Assembly: GCF_009914755.1 (NCBI RefSeq)
Contig: NC_060938.1
Strand: one strand, 5' to 3'
Length of the DNA: 64,000 nt
DNA from: the human T2T-CHM13v2.0 reference genome, Homo sapiens
Shown: piece by piece, positions 40,826 through 54,290 of the stretch
Numbering within the stretch: the first letter of the stretch is position 1
Layout of the letters: every line of letters begins with the position of its first letter
Notes under the pieces: generated by a model
Told to the model about the DNA's origin: nothing
What the model saw: only the letters and a program-made list of their open reading frames with translations
The model's database searches: none
Position numbers and translations under genes: made by a program

Positions 40826-41199
40826 TTTTATCATGGAGCCCCTTGTCTTAAATAATGGTGTCAAAACGTTTTTGGAAACAATAAGCATGCTTTCCCTATA
40901 TATGTGCATATATTTCATGTTGTAAATTATAGATATGTGTAAATATTAGCCTATATATAAAATTTTAAAGAAAGTTTAAATTTTTTCTTATGTTTTAGAT
41001 AAAAACAAATATAAATAGAATCTCAAATATGTCTAAATCATTTTAGGTACCCCAATGAGCAATCACTTCACTTTTAAGATCATCAGTAGAAAATGTAGGC
41101 TTCAAGGTTATTGATGAGTGCAGTATCACAGGAAAAGAAATACCTTCCAAAACGCCACGCTTTTCATCACTTTCTTAGGAGTGGCATGATGACAAAGAT

Positions 41200-42510
41200 A
41201 TTGCCCAAATCACAGAAGAGAAACTAAAATGGCTAACAAACATTTGAGATGAAGCTCAGCCTTGTTAGGAATCAGGGAAATGCAAATTAAAACGATGAGA
41301 TACTCTTTCTCAAACATCAGACTGGCAAATATGAAAAAGTCTTCAAATACCAAGTACTGGCAAGGGTGCAGGAGATGGGAATTCCCAGCTATCACTAGTG
41401 GGTTCATCAAATAATTGGTAACATCTTTTATTAGAACAATTGTCAATTTCTACTAAAGCTGAAATTGTAAACACCATGCACCCTAGCAATTATATTTCCA
41501 ACACTTACGTCCTAGAGAAGGGCTTATTCAATTTCTTTTTTTTGTCATGGACCCTGTTGACAGTCTGTGATGCTTATAAATATACATGTATGTGTAAATG
41601 TTTGTATGTGTTTGTATATGTGTGTGTGTATATATATCACATTTAAGATATATATGTATACAATAAAATACACAGTATTGAAATGAAAGCCAATTGTACT
41701 GAAAACATCCATAAATGTTTAAAAAACAAATCTTTGATATTGTAACATATGTGCTACTTCTTAACCCGTTAAAATAGAGATCTAGTAACGTTCACACAAT
41801 TACTGTAATTTTGAAGTGCTGATGCTCCTGAATAATATTTGAGATATCTTCAACAACTGTAACGTGATCTGAAATTGTACTTTCCATTGCTTTCAAAGCC
41901 ACAGCACTGCTAATGCTACTGAAGTTGGTTGCCTGCATTCAGAGTCAGAGGAAATACCAAATTTCAGGTAAATATTTAAAAACATAGACTTTTTTCTTCT
42001 TTTAAGCCCTGAACCCCCAAATTGTTACCCTGCCCTATAGAAGACTTCCACAAATACTCAAGAAGGCATAACCAAGATGTCAATTCCAGCACAGTTTCTA
42101 AGCATTAAAAATTAAAAATAGCAAATGATATGAATGGATAAATGTAGCACATTCATAAAATGGGATATTGCAAAGCAAAGCAGGTAAAAGAGATTAAGTT
42201 GTGCACATAGAGCTCTCAAACATACTGCTGAGGGTATAAAGCAAGGTACAAAATAAGCAAAACCACAGTGCTCTTCTATTTGTGTATATATTAAAATATG
42301 GCACAAGACAATGCTGTTTACTACTTACTATGAACAATATGTTGTTTATGGATTTTCTTGTAATAACTCATTAAAGTGTAGACCAAAGGGATTCACAGGA
42401 AATGCCTGATAATTGTTGCCTTTGAGAAAGGAGGGAGAAAAATTAGAGCCATGCAGGATAAAAAAGTGATTGAACTCGTACTTATATGTATTCCAGACAT
42501 AAAATGGATA
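41200..42510 (+). mobile_element. L1ME 3' remnant interrupted by MER119
   Basis: aatcagggaaatgcaaattaaaac...catcagactggcaaa; resumes after 42032. Confidence 0.75.
41518..42032 (+). mobile_element. MER119 (hAT-Charlie)
   Basis: tgtcatggaccc...aataaaatacac...atattttgagatatcttcaacaactgtaacgtgat...ctgctaatgctactg. Confidence 0.75.
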
Positions 42511-42512
42511 AT

Positions 42513-43090
42513 TAGATAGATAGAGATATAGATGGCAGATAGAGAGACAGAGAGATGTTAGATAAATAGATGATAGGTAAGGAATAGATAAATAGATAAA
42601 TGATAGATGATAGATAGATAGATAGATAGATAGATAGACAATAGATGATACAGAGATAGAGACAGACAAGAGATAGATAGATGACAGATGAAAATAGATA
42701 AATAGATGATAGATAGATAGATGGATAGATAGATAGATGATGGATAATAGAGAGACAGAAAGGTGGATAGAAAAATAGATTACAGATAGAATGAAAGAGA
42801 AAGACAGATGATGGATAGGTAAATAAATAGATGACAGATAGATAGATGATAGACAATAGATAGATGATAGAAAGATAGATAGATGGCAGATAGATAGACA
42901 GAGATAGATATATAATAGATAAATAGATGATAGCTAGATAGATAGATAATAGAGGCTCTATAGAGAGATGGCAGATAGAGACAGAGAGATGATAAAGAGA
43001 TAGATGACAAGATAGATAGACAGAGAGATAGCGACCTAGAGAGAAAGATAACAGATAAACAGATGATCGATAGACAGATAGATATAGAGA
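42513..43090 (+). repeat. Degenerate (GATA/GACA)n array, about 580 bp
   Basis: Read directly. Confidence 0.95.
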
Positions 43091-44149
43091 TTAAATTCTA
43101 GATGTTGGGTATAGTTATCATTTTTAAAATTTGAATATTTATGTATGTATGCATGCATTTATATGTATATATATGATATGCATATATGTATATGTATGTA
43201 TATATTTCTGCTCATCAAGAGTTCCAAGAGGATCATCCCCATGGCAATATTTTCTCAATTTTAAGCCTGTTCTTAAACAACTACGTAGAGCTTTTTTAAG
43301 CTCCTCCAATAACAAGGAAAAAAGAAAATAAATATAGATGCATAAAATTTATTGCTTTGATATCCAGTTTTTCAATAATCTTAACATAATTTTTGGAATA
43401 ATATTATAAGCCAAAATTATTAGCAACAATACTTAGTATTATTATATTCATTTTTGTAACTCCATGATAAGTTAGTTGCTTTTTAATAAACATTGATGCA
43501 ATATGGCGAGATGTAAAAATACAAGTTAGGAAGAAAATAAAAGACCTCAGTATTTGGTAATGCATCAGAAAAGCAGGTTTGGGTTTTATTGAGAATGTAT
43601 TCGTAATGTTGCAGATGGCATCAACCTTGGGAAATGGCCTGGGGAGTCCCCTGGTCTATCACAGCCATGGTGCCAGGCAGTGCCTCTCTTTGAATTGTTC
43701 TCATTACTTTGCTTCAAAGTAGAATTTGGTGCCTGCTGTTGCAAAGGTTGATCACAAATATCTCAGAAACCACACAAGATAATGCAGGTGAGGAATAAAT
43801 CTTTAGAATAAAACAATATGGAGAGATTATGAAAAAGCTATTTCCAGTCATTAAAAAAAAAAAAGTCAACCTGAATAGAGAGAGCAGGGTCTGGATGGAG
43901 CATTGCCCAGGGCAACCATGCTGCTGGTTTTAGAACATTCCGGAAGGCTCCAGCACTGTGACTGTGACCAGCTGTGTCAGTCTGCTGCAATGCACAGGCT
44001 CCCAAAATCCCAGTGTCAGAGAGGACCTTAAATAACACATTATCTGCACGCCTCCAATACTGGGATGAAATCAACGATGATTATGATGATGATGACAACT
44101 AAACACTGTAATATGCCAGTCACTGTTGAAGCACATTCCATTTTTTAAG

Positions 44150-44640
44150 TGGTCTAGCCAAGACACCACTGAGTCACTGCTTGCATATCTCCAATGACAG
44201 GGAGCTCATCACCTACTGCCAAAGTTCATTTTATCTTTGGAGAACTCTGGCTGGGCAGCTTTACGTCCAGCTGAAAACAGTGTCCCTTGGCTTTCCCCCA
44301 ACAACTCTTCTTCTGTCCCTAAGGACTAACACCTTCCTTTGTGATCTCTCTTTGCATATTTGAATTCCACCCTCATGTGTTCTCCAAGACTTCCCTTCAC
44401 ACTAACTCCAGTGACCATCCTTTTGCTTGCACCAGCATTCCCATAGGTTCTGTCGCTATCTCCATGCCTCTCCAAGGAACTATACTTGGCCACTTCTCAT
44501 TTAAGAAACCCAAACTGAATGCATAACCTAGATGTGTTCTGATCAGCATAACAATCCCTCCCTGATCAAGGTACTTTACTTGCATCCATGCAACCTGACT
44601 TCAGTTTTGTATTCTTGGAAGCACCCTGTTATATCCATCC
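44150..44640 (-). mobile_element. CR1/L3 LINE remnant
   Basis: ttgcatatctccaatgacagggagctcatcacct and aaactgaatgcata...agatgtgttctgatcag resemble antisense L3. Confidence 0.6.
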
Positions 44641-44834
44641 ACAAGTAGAGACCATGTGGAAGAAAATTAGGGAAAATAACACTGGATAACACTGTCAGCA
44701 ACTCCTAAGATGCCACCTTAACTTGCCTGGGCATCATCCTCAAGTCACGGAATTCCACTGACCCTTCTAACAGAAGAGTAACAGCATAATCAAATGCTGA
44801 TGATAAAGATATTGCTCAATTCACAGAAGAGAAA

Positions 44835-45000
44835 CCTGATGTACAGTAGTTACTTAGCTAATTTCTGTTGGATGGGTGGGTGAAAGAATGGATGGATGGA
44901 TAGGTAGATGGATGGATGGATGGATGGATGGATGGATGGATGGAGTGGGTGGATGGATGAATGGATGGGTGGATGGGTGGATAGAGGGATGCATAGATGG
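44835..45000 (+). repeat. (GGAT)n array with leader; copy A of a dispersed duplication (partner 46539-46691)
   Basis: cctgatgtacagtagttacttagctaat leader; shared internal interruptions. Confidence 0.9.
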
Positions 45001-46538
45001 AAGAGTGCAGAAAAGGCCTGGAGAAGGTAGGAGTGGGGAGCAAGGAAGCCAGGCAGATCATGTCCTGGGAACATGAAACTAGAGACGAGGAGTGCCTGGC
45101 CAGGTTCATGAGAGGGAAACTTGAGAGATCGCACACTCTGAGGTCAGCAGAATGACCGTGGAAGTGTGCGAAAATACCAACTGCCAGGCCCTGCCCTAGA
45201 TCTCTAGGTGGGGCAAGGGCAACTGCATCTTAACAAGCCCTCCTGGTGAGTCGCAGTTGAGAACGACAGGGTTCTAGAAACATAGGGAGGAGGATTTTGT
45301 AATGAAGAAGAAACACGAGCGATAAAGGAGGAGGGAGCTTGCAAATGAATCTGGGACATTTAGCCCTGGATACTGGATAGGAAAGCTTGCTGATATAAGA
45401 ACTAAGGAGACAGAGGAGAAGAGGCAAGATTGAAAGGGAAGAAAATTATTTTTCTTTTTTCATGCTGAGTTTGCATGGTCTGTGGGACTTCCAGCTAGAG
45501 ACATCCAGCAGATGCTTAGTAAACAAACCTGGAACTCAGTTAGATGAGATCTATTTGGGGGTGAATTTCTTTTAAATCTACAGAATATGGCCTTTCTTTT
45601 TCAAATTTAAATTCAAAATACCATCTTTGAACTATTTAAATCCAAATTCTCAATTGGGATGAAGGTTCAAAAAAAAACCCACCTGTTTAAGTCAGATGCT
45701 AAAATGACTAATATAAAGTCACTTTTGATTTTAAACTTTTAAATAACTTTCTATTTTTAAAAAAATTGCCTTCAAGGAGTGCAAGTGCTTACACACAACA
45801 GGCAGTCGATGATAGTGGGTATTGAAATATCAATGTGTTTTTTCACAGGTGCTGAAAAATAAATATAAGTCATGAAAAAAGTAATGAATCAACTTGAAAA
45901 CCCAGTGGGATGTTAACCTCCTGGAGTAATAATAGCACACTCTCTGTCAGGGCAGACTGCACGTTAGAAAGGTATTTGCACCCAACTTTGTTCCCATGAA
46001 AAGCCTCGAAGTACTCAGTAATAAGAGCTGCTGGCAGGATCCTGACAATCTTTAAAAATATCTACCCTCTGAAAGAGCTTGTCATGCCGGAGTTATCTCT
46101 TCTAGAGACAGCTGTTGAAAGCACCGATGGGCACAGGCTGCATAAGAAAACCTGGAGTAATCCAGAGGAAAGTGGTGTGGGGAGAGGGCCCTTATCACTG
46201 CTGAGGCAGACCTCCACACCAAGAGGCCAAGGAGACCAACACTGTCATTTCTATATTTAGAGATGGATAGGGACGGAAGTGCTTTGGGCTTTTCATTTTT
46301 ATTTGCTCTGAAGAAAGGTGCAAGAGGATGTTGTAAGGTGGGTTGAGTGGTGGTATTATTCATTTGGGAAGTCACCTAAAATCTGTTGTCCCCTCATTCA
46401 AGGAAGCACCTCAATGTACTTGAGTGTCTACAGATTGTCCCACCCTGCTGGCTGCATCAGGCTTGTGGGATCACGAGGAACCAAATGTTGGGACTTTTAT
46501 CTTGAGAATCTTGTGTATCCTTAGCACCTTGGGCCAGG

Positions 46539-46795
46539 CCTGGTGTACAGTAGTTATTTAGCTAATGTCTTTTGGATGGGTGGGTGGATGGATGGACAGG
46601 TAGATGGGTAGGTGGGTGGATGGATGGATGGATGAGTGGGTGGATGGATGAATGCATTGGTGGATGGGTGGCTAGAGGGATGCATGGATGGATGATAGGG
46701 TGGGTGATTGATAGATGGATGGATGGATGGGTGAATGAATGGATGATGGAGTGAGTGGATGGATGGATGGAGGGATGAATGAATGAACAAATGAA
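46539..46795 (+). repeat. L2-tail-derived (GGAT/GAAT)n array; copy B
   Basis: cctggtgtacagtagttatttagctaat leader preceded by L2-like ttgtgtatccttagcacct. Confidence 0.9.
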
Positions 46796-48499
46796 TTAAA
46801 CGAGCTGCCTTGGAACATAAGGCCAGAATGGCCAAAGTGCTTAGATCTGAAGGGTTGAGCTTGGCTACAGTGAAATCTGTAATAAACAAGGTTTGTAAAC
46901 ACAATCAGTATGTTCCAGGAACTATCTAAGCAAAAAAGTTAGGAAATAAGGTTTGGGAGCCATGACAGTTAAAGGCTTTAGCATTGTCCCTGCCTTCCAT
47001 TTTGCACCCCTGTCTGGTTCTCCTGGAGCCAAGCACTAATCTAGAATCCATATGAACATATGCCTGCACAGATTTTTAAGTTAGCCTGCATTAGTTCAGC
47101 TTTTGAAAGGGCATCAAACTAGCAGTCTCTGGTGGAATTTCCTTCAACTTCTTACTGCAGTCATTCTGAACACAGAATAGTAATAGTAAGGGCAATAGGC
47201 ATTTTTGAGCTCTGATATTTTTGATCCAGTCAGTATGATAAAGGCTTGGCACAATTTTCACTTGAGGCTGACAGCTCCAAAAGGGTGATATTATTAAAAT
47301 CATTAGTCCACTGAAGAGAAATCAGAGTCTCAGAAACATGGAGAAAAAAAAAATCTCACCAAATCCTCATTTACAGCTAGGAACTGGAAAATCTGGCCAG
47401 AATAAGGCTGGGTGCAGAACTTAGGAGCAGGACTAAACATCGCCATTCTTAGCCTACCTTTACTGTGCCACTGCTGATAAAGCAAACCCACTTACCTGAG
47501 GTTAGGAAGAAAGCCCCTGCACCCACCCTCCAGGGTCCTCTGGGACAGAAATACAAGATCTGTCCAAAGTGGAAACCACACAGCTCTTTCATTTTAGTAT
47601 CAGCACAACTTTGGGTGGTAATCTCCCTGCTGTTTCTTGCTTTCTCCCTCCATCAGTTGCCCTTGCACTCCAAAGAAGAGAGGCATCAGGACAGCAGGCT
47701 CCACCTCAGTGTATTTAGCTGTGAAATGGGAACATAAAAACCTTTCTCTCAGAATTTTTTTGAGTATTCATAGGACTCATATAGATGGAGCACTTCCCAC
47801 AGTACAGTCCATATCATAGACTCAAAAGAGGTCAATTATTCCCACTGTTACCATTCATATTATCATTTTCTAGCTTTTCACAGATTGTAACTCTCAGAAA
47901 TCACGTGAGTCAAATCCAAGACACCCAGTGGTCATATGACAGGTCCTGGAAGACATGATCTTCATCATTGAGGCACATCAAGTAGAAACAGAGGGTGGAA
48001 GGTCCTGGTAGCAGTGTATGCTGGAAATGATCATTTTTCACACAATCTGTGTGCTGAGTCTAAGCCCAAACGGGACTGAGAAAAGGAGTATGTGAGCACA
48101 CAGTCTCCCTGGATGACTCATTCCATAGCATGTGGTGGGCTAGAGGCCAGATTCTGCAATCTTGGCTAGATGGTCAACCTCAGTCAAGCTCTCCACTTTG
48201 CCAGCTCTTGGTGTCCTCATCTACAAAATCCCTTATGACAGATCATGCTTCCCTGGCAGGGTGGTTTGAAGCACAAAAGGAGCTCATGTATGTAAAAAAG
48301 AACTTAGCATATTGAATGTCATGTGTTAATCCTTGATTGACAATAGGTAGTGTTGCTATTTCTGTTGTGTTTATCCATATCATTACTACAGAAGACACTT
48401 GACGCTGAGGAGCTCAACTTACATATAATTTATGAATTGGGAAATAGTAGAGAGAGCACATGTAGAACACATGTCTTTTCTTTGGTCAGCCCAGGGTCT

Positions 48500-50110
48500 A
48501 GAGAGCTCACTCCTCATATGAGGATGAGTCAACAGGAAAAGGAGCTGATGAAAGAACAACACTGCACAAGAAAGGAGGAAGAAAACAGTAGTTTCAATAG
48601 TCAATGAAAACTCAGGACACAGAGAACAATTTAATGTTCAAATTTTAAAAAAAGAAAATTATCTGGCATTATTGGACATCTTCATCAGGGGCCAGCCAGA
48701 AGTCAGAAGTAAGAACAATGTCAAAATCAAATCAACTAAATAAGAATAAAAAGAAGAAAAGTGTGGTAAGGAAGGATTGCCTGAGCACTAAAGATGCTGT
48801 ATGGAAGGTTTTAAAGAGTGGAACTAGCACTGTAAAAAATAAAATCAGTGATGTATAGAGAAAATTTGACTAGATCTTTTAGACTTCAGACAAAGAGACA
48901 AAGAATTGTAAATAATTAGACGATGAGACAAGGTAATGAAAACAAGAAAAATGTTGGACCTCTTGAGTTAAAGGTGATCATGCATAAGAAGTCAGGCCCA
49001 CAGGAATAGAAGGGACAACTGGATTCAGAAGATACTAGGGCATTGCAGTCAGAAAGCCTATCTGATTTAGAGGGAGAAAAATCAAAGAAAAGAGAGGCTA
49101 ATAGCAAAAATGATGAATTAAAAGGAGAAGAAAAAAATGAGTTATACAAGTATCCAAGCATACAATGCAGATCACTCAAGAAGAAGTAAAGCTCAGGATT
49201 ATTCTACCTTTTTTGAGATTACATGACCAGAGATCATGAGCTAGACTCTACGTAGATTTGGGGAGCAAAATTTGTGACCCAACAGTATTATACCCAGCAA
49301 AATTGTCTTTCACGTGTGAATTAAATAGACAGTCATTTTTTCTCAGCTAGATAAGGGGTCAAGACACATATCAATACAAGCCTGTCTCTGAAAATTTAGT
49401 TAAAAATTTATGCAAAACCATGGCAATCAAGCAAAATTAAGGACTGAATGATAGCATTTAAGAACAGACAATAAGCATTAAAGCCAGTAAACCCTGGAGT
49501 TAGCTCCAAATTGCTTTTGTATTTTGGCCATAGACCTATGAAGACTGTGTAAGATGAGCCCAGTTATTGCTGAAAAACTATGTAAATGGAAGCAATTTTT
49601 CAGAAAACCAATTTGGCAATTTCTACCACAAGCCTTAAACTATCTATATATATTGACTCTATTAATCCATTATATCTCTATTAATCCATTAATCCAAATC
49701 CATTAACTTTCATTTTAAGGAAACAATCAAATTGCCTTCAAAGCTTTAGGCTGCAGTGTATTTATTTCCTCTCTGTCAATAATATTATAAAGGTAAATAT
49801 TGTCTAAAATGTCCAACAAAATAAGAATAATTTAATGAATTATATGACCATATGATGAAACTTTAATTTTCTTTAAAAAAATTGGCATACTATTCTCATG
49901 ATATAATGCTAAGTAGAAAATAAGTAAAGAACAAAACTGTATAATTATATTTAATTTTTAAAACATACTGATAGCTATTGATAGGTAGGTAACTATTCAG
50001 ATACATGCACAGGACAAAAATAAAGAAAATGAACAAAATATTAACCTGTCTAGTGAAATAGGAGCAACGTTTTTCTATGTCTGTTCTTTATTTAAAAAAA
50101 ATTCTATAGT
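48500..50110 (+). mobile_element. Ancient L1/HAL1-like remnant (ORF1-like part then 3'UTR-like part)
   Basis: A-rich; attatacccagcaaaattgtctttcacgtgtgaa resembles the ORF1 C-terminal region; aatttggcaatttctac and aaatgtccaacaa resemble the 3' region. Confidence 0.55.
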
Positions 50111-51573
50111 GAATTAGGATGTAGAGAAATTTTTGAATTTCTACAGTGAAATTTCAGGCAAGGCATGGGAAACATGGAGATGAAATTTCCTACCATGGAA
50201 TTTAGAAACCACAGACAGTAAAAGAAAAAGTAAATAGATAAATAAATAAATAATATGTTTTAAAGGAAGGAGAGCACAGTGGTCTCAGCTTCAGAATCTG
50301 CAGGGGAATGAAGCACTAGGGAAGTCCATTCAACTTCTTGCCTGCGTTCATGTAAGCATGCATTCTTCCGCCCATTCATTCATCCATTCCCTGCGGATCT
50401 ATGGATCCCTAACTCCTGTCAGATTCTAAGCTAAGCATAAGGAGCACAGAGATGAAAATTCCAGATATGATTGTGGCCTTCATGGAGTTCACAAACATGC
50501 AGCCTTGTCTACGCCAGTCGTAAGGGAAAGTAAACACAAATGAGGCTGGTAGTAGTTACTGAGGGAATGAAGGACTGAGCCCGTGGGCTTGTGGAGAAGA
50601 TGGACGTACCACGCCTGAGGACATAGCTGGGAGAAGCCCCAGGCACTTCCTCACCAGGCCTTAGGCATTGAGGCAGCATGATGTGCTTTTCCAAGCATTT
50701 TCAAGTCTAATACCACATGGATTCCTCTTTTCAATATGGGGTCAGTGGTGTGGGTCTGGATGCTGTAGAAACTGAGGCTCAGGTGTATTCATTACAGATG
50801 GGAAAACCAATGGCAAAGAGTTTAATTTTTCCCCTGCACATTCAACACAAGTCTACAGGGCGGGGGAGCTGAAAACCAGGTCTCCAACCTTATGGTCTTG
50901 CTCACTCTTCGCTGCCATGTCCTCCTCCCATTCCCGTCCCGCAAGATCCAACTCAAAGGTTTCTTCTGCTGTGAGATCTTCCCAGCTTCCTCATGCAAGT
51001 TGGTCATGACCCCTCGGGGCTCTGAGTACTGGCCTCTAATGGTACGCTCTTGACATTCAACTATGTTATCTTTCGTTTAGCAAGTATGCAGGTAGGAAAC
51101 TTTTATGACTATCTCCAACTACAGTGGGAGATCCCTAGGTCAGGAGCTGGGTCTTTTCCTATTTATTTTTAGTTTGTTGATTCTAATCACTATTTATCTA
51201 GGCCATTGTAAAGACCCTGATAAATACGTTTGAGTTCTGTTGGATTCACTGGAGTTAGTGAGGAGAAAAACATCCATATGACTATGTGGTTTATACATAA
51301 ATTATTCATAACTACAAACAGTGACTCTCTGACTTCTCTTCTAACAGATAAGCTGACCTCAAAGGTATACCCTGTTTCCTTAACTGCTCTCTTTCTAAAA
51401 GGCTTTGCCTCCCTGCTCCTACTTCTAGAACCTTTTTGGATCCCTAGATACAAAAGCAAGTCCCAAGATGGGTGAGGACAAGAATGAATATTTTTTTAAT
51501 GCCCACTGAATGCTAAGCATTGCAGCCTCACAGTCATGCTCTGATTGAAAAAGGATTGTTCTTTAAGAGCCAA

Positions 51574-51578
<5 letters not shown>

Positions 51579-51616
<38 letters not shown>
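51579..51616 (+). repeat. (CA)19 microsatellite
   Basis: Read directly. Confidence 0.97.
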
Positions 51617-51619
<3 letters not shown>

Positions 51620-51791
51620 AACCTTGAAAAATAATCCATCCTGTGTCACACACAAGTAGTAAAAGGAAGCAAAACTGAGATTAGAAACCAGGGCTGCCTT
51701 TCTCCAAAGCTTGTGTTCTTTTGATTAAGTGAGGACTTCCCAAGGAAAAGGCAGGTCTAGCTCCACACTACATCGCTCTCTCTGTAGGTTA

Positions 51792-52414
<623 letters not shown>

Positions 52415-52719
52415 TCACAGATCCTATTCTTTTGCAGAAATTGCATTAAACAAAGACCTGGAAACACTGGTTGACAAAAATCTAAACATTTACCACTTTC
52501 ATGAATTTGCCAAAAGAGGCTCTAATCCTCCTGTTAAAACATTAGCAAGTGCCTGCAAATGTAACCATGTCTCCTTCTGGAGTCAGCTCATCCGTGAGAT
52601 TCCCTTGACCTCAGGTAAAGTCTAAACACTTCACCTGGATCCACCAGGCCCTGCATCACCCTGCCTTGTAGTTCTCCAGCCTCACTGACCTTCATTCTGA
52701 CTAAGTCCTTAGTTCATTA

Positions 52720-53015
52720 TCCTCTTTTCCTTCCTTCCTTTGACTTTCCACCTTCCCTGGCTTCCTAACTCCTTTTCCATCCTTCCTCCCTTCCTTCTTC
52801 CCTTCCTCCCTCCCTCCCTTTCTTCCTCCTCTTCCTTTCTTCTTTCCTTCTTTTCTTCTGTCCTTTTTTCCTCCCTCCTTTTCTTTCTTCCTTTTTCCTC
52901 ATTTTTCCTTATTTTTCCTTTTCTTTCTTTCTTCTGTCTTTTTCTTCCTGCCTTTTGTTCACGCCCCCGCCCCGTCTCTCTCTCTCTCTCCTTCCTTTCT
53001 TTTCTACTTCCTTTC
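52720..53015 (+). repeat. CT-rich polypyrimidine low-complexity tract; (TG)n at 53206-53237 nearby
   Basis: Read directly. Confidence 0.9.
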
Positions 53016-53207
53016 TAATAAATATTGATCACCTGTTCACTCCTGAGCTCTTAGTCATGTGCTGTGGTGGCAGCTTCCCAGGTGAATAGGCTTTGTCTCC
53101 ATTCCAGGTACCCACCCCACCTGAATAAAACCCTCTCATCCTTTAAATCCCAAATCAAATGTTAGGGTGTTTTGGGTTTGAGGGTTTTTTTGGTTTGTTC
53201 GTTTTTG

Positions 53208-53238
<31 letters not shown>

Positions 53239-53559
53239 TTTTGACTTGTTAATTTTGGTTTTGTTCTAGACTCCTCTCCTCTTTTCAACCTGCCCTCTTG
53301 GAGTTGGGGTGAGATGCCCCCTCATTATCTTCTTTTCCTGCCCTTTCCGTTGCCCTCCTCACCTCTGATGGAGCCATCTGCCACTTACCTGCATCCTCAA
53401 CTAGAGTACAAGCTGCTCAATGTAAGGGCGCTTGGTGTCATTCGTGGCTTTGTTCCCCACAGCTAGCTCTCTCCTCGCACCTCTGTGCCTTCCAAGACTT
53501 CCAGGCTCATGCTTAGGAAAGCCTCTGTTTCCTCTCAGAGAAAAGAGAAGTCACAGGAT

Positions 53560-54290
53560 AAGAAGATCCTCCACTTCCAGCTTCCAAATCTACACACGCC
53601 TGTATAGGCCCCCATTTTTCCTCCTGAGCTCCAGATCTGTACACCCAACAGTCCACTTAGACTCTCCTCTAGGGCAGCCCACAGGCAACTCAAACTCAAG
53701 ATTCTCTTGGACAAGCTCCTCATATTCCTCTTCGAACTGTCTCACCTGGTGCTCTAGAGGTCTCGTGAAATCGTCACCTAAACTGAAACAAATGAATCAA
53801 CACTGAAGTGTCTTCCTTCCTCACCCCACATACCCACATAGCCACGGAATCATGTTGATTCTAGAACCTAACTCGATGCATGCCCTCCTCAGCCTCTCCA
53901 TGGCCACCACGCTTCTCCATGTCTCTGTCATTACCTCCAGGAATTCTGAGCCTCCTACCTTGTTCCTCTGTCTCAGCTTTCTCTCTTGCCAGTCCGTGTC
54001 TACACAACAGCCAGAGTAATCTTCTTAAAACATAAACCAGATGATGTCACTCGCTAGCTATAAACCCACAAATGCCTTCCCATTGCCCCAAGGATAACGT
54101 CTAAATTTCTTGAAGAACCTACAAGGCCACTCAGATCCCAGCCCCTGCATTCCTTTCTGGGTCCCCTTCAGTCACTCCTCCATTATGCATTCTCCAGCTA
54201 CATTGAACCTTCAATTATTGAGACTCACCTTGCTCTCTGTGGCCTCCAGCCTGTTATAGAAGTGGCTTTCTCTGCCTGGAATATTCTCCG
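53560..54290 (+). mobile_element. L2 remnant
   Basis: ttccaaatctac...ctcctgagctccagat; acaacagccagagtaatcttcttaaaacataaaccagatgatgtcact; ttctctgcctggaat. Confidence 0.8.
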
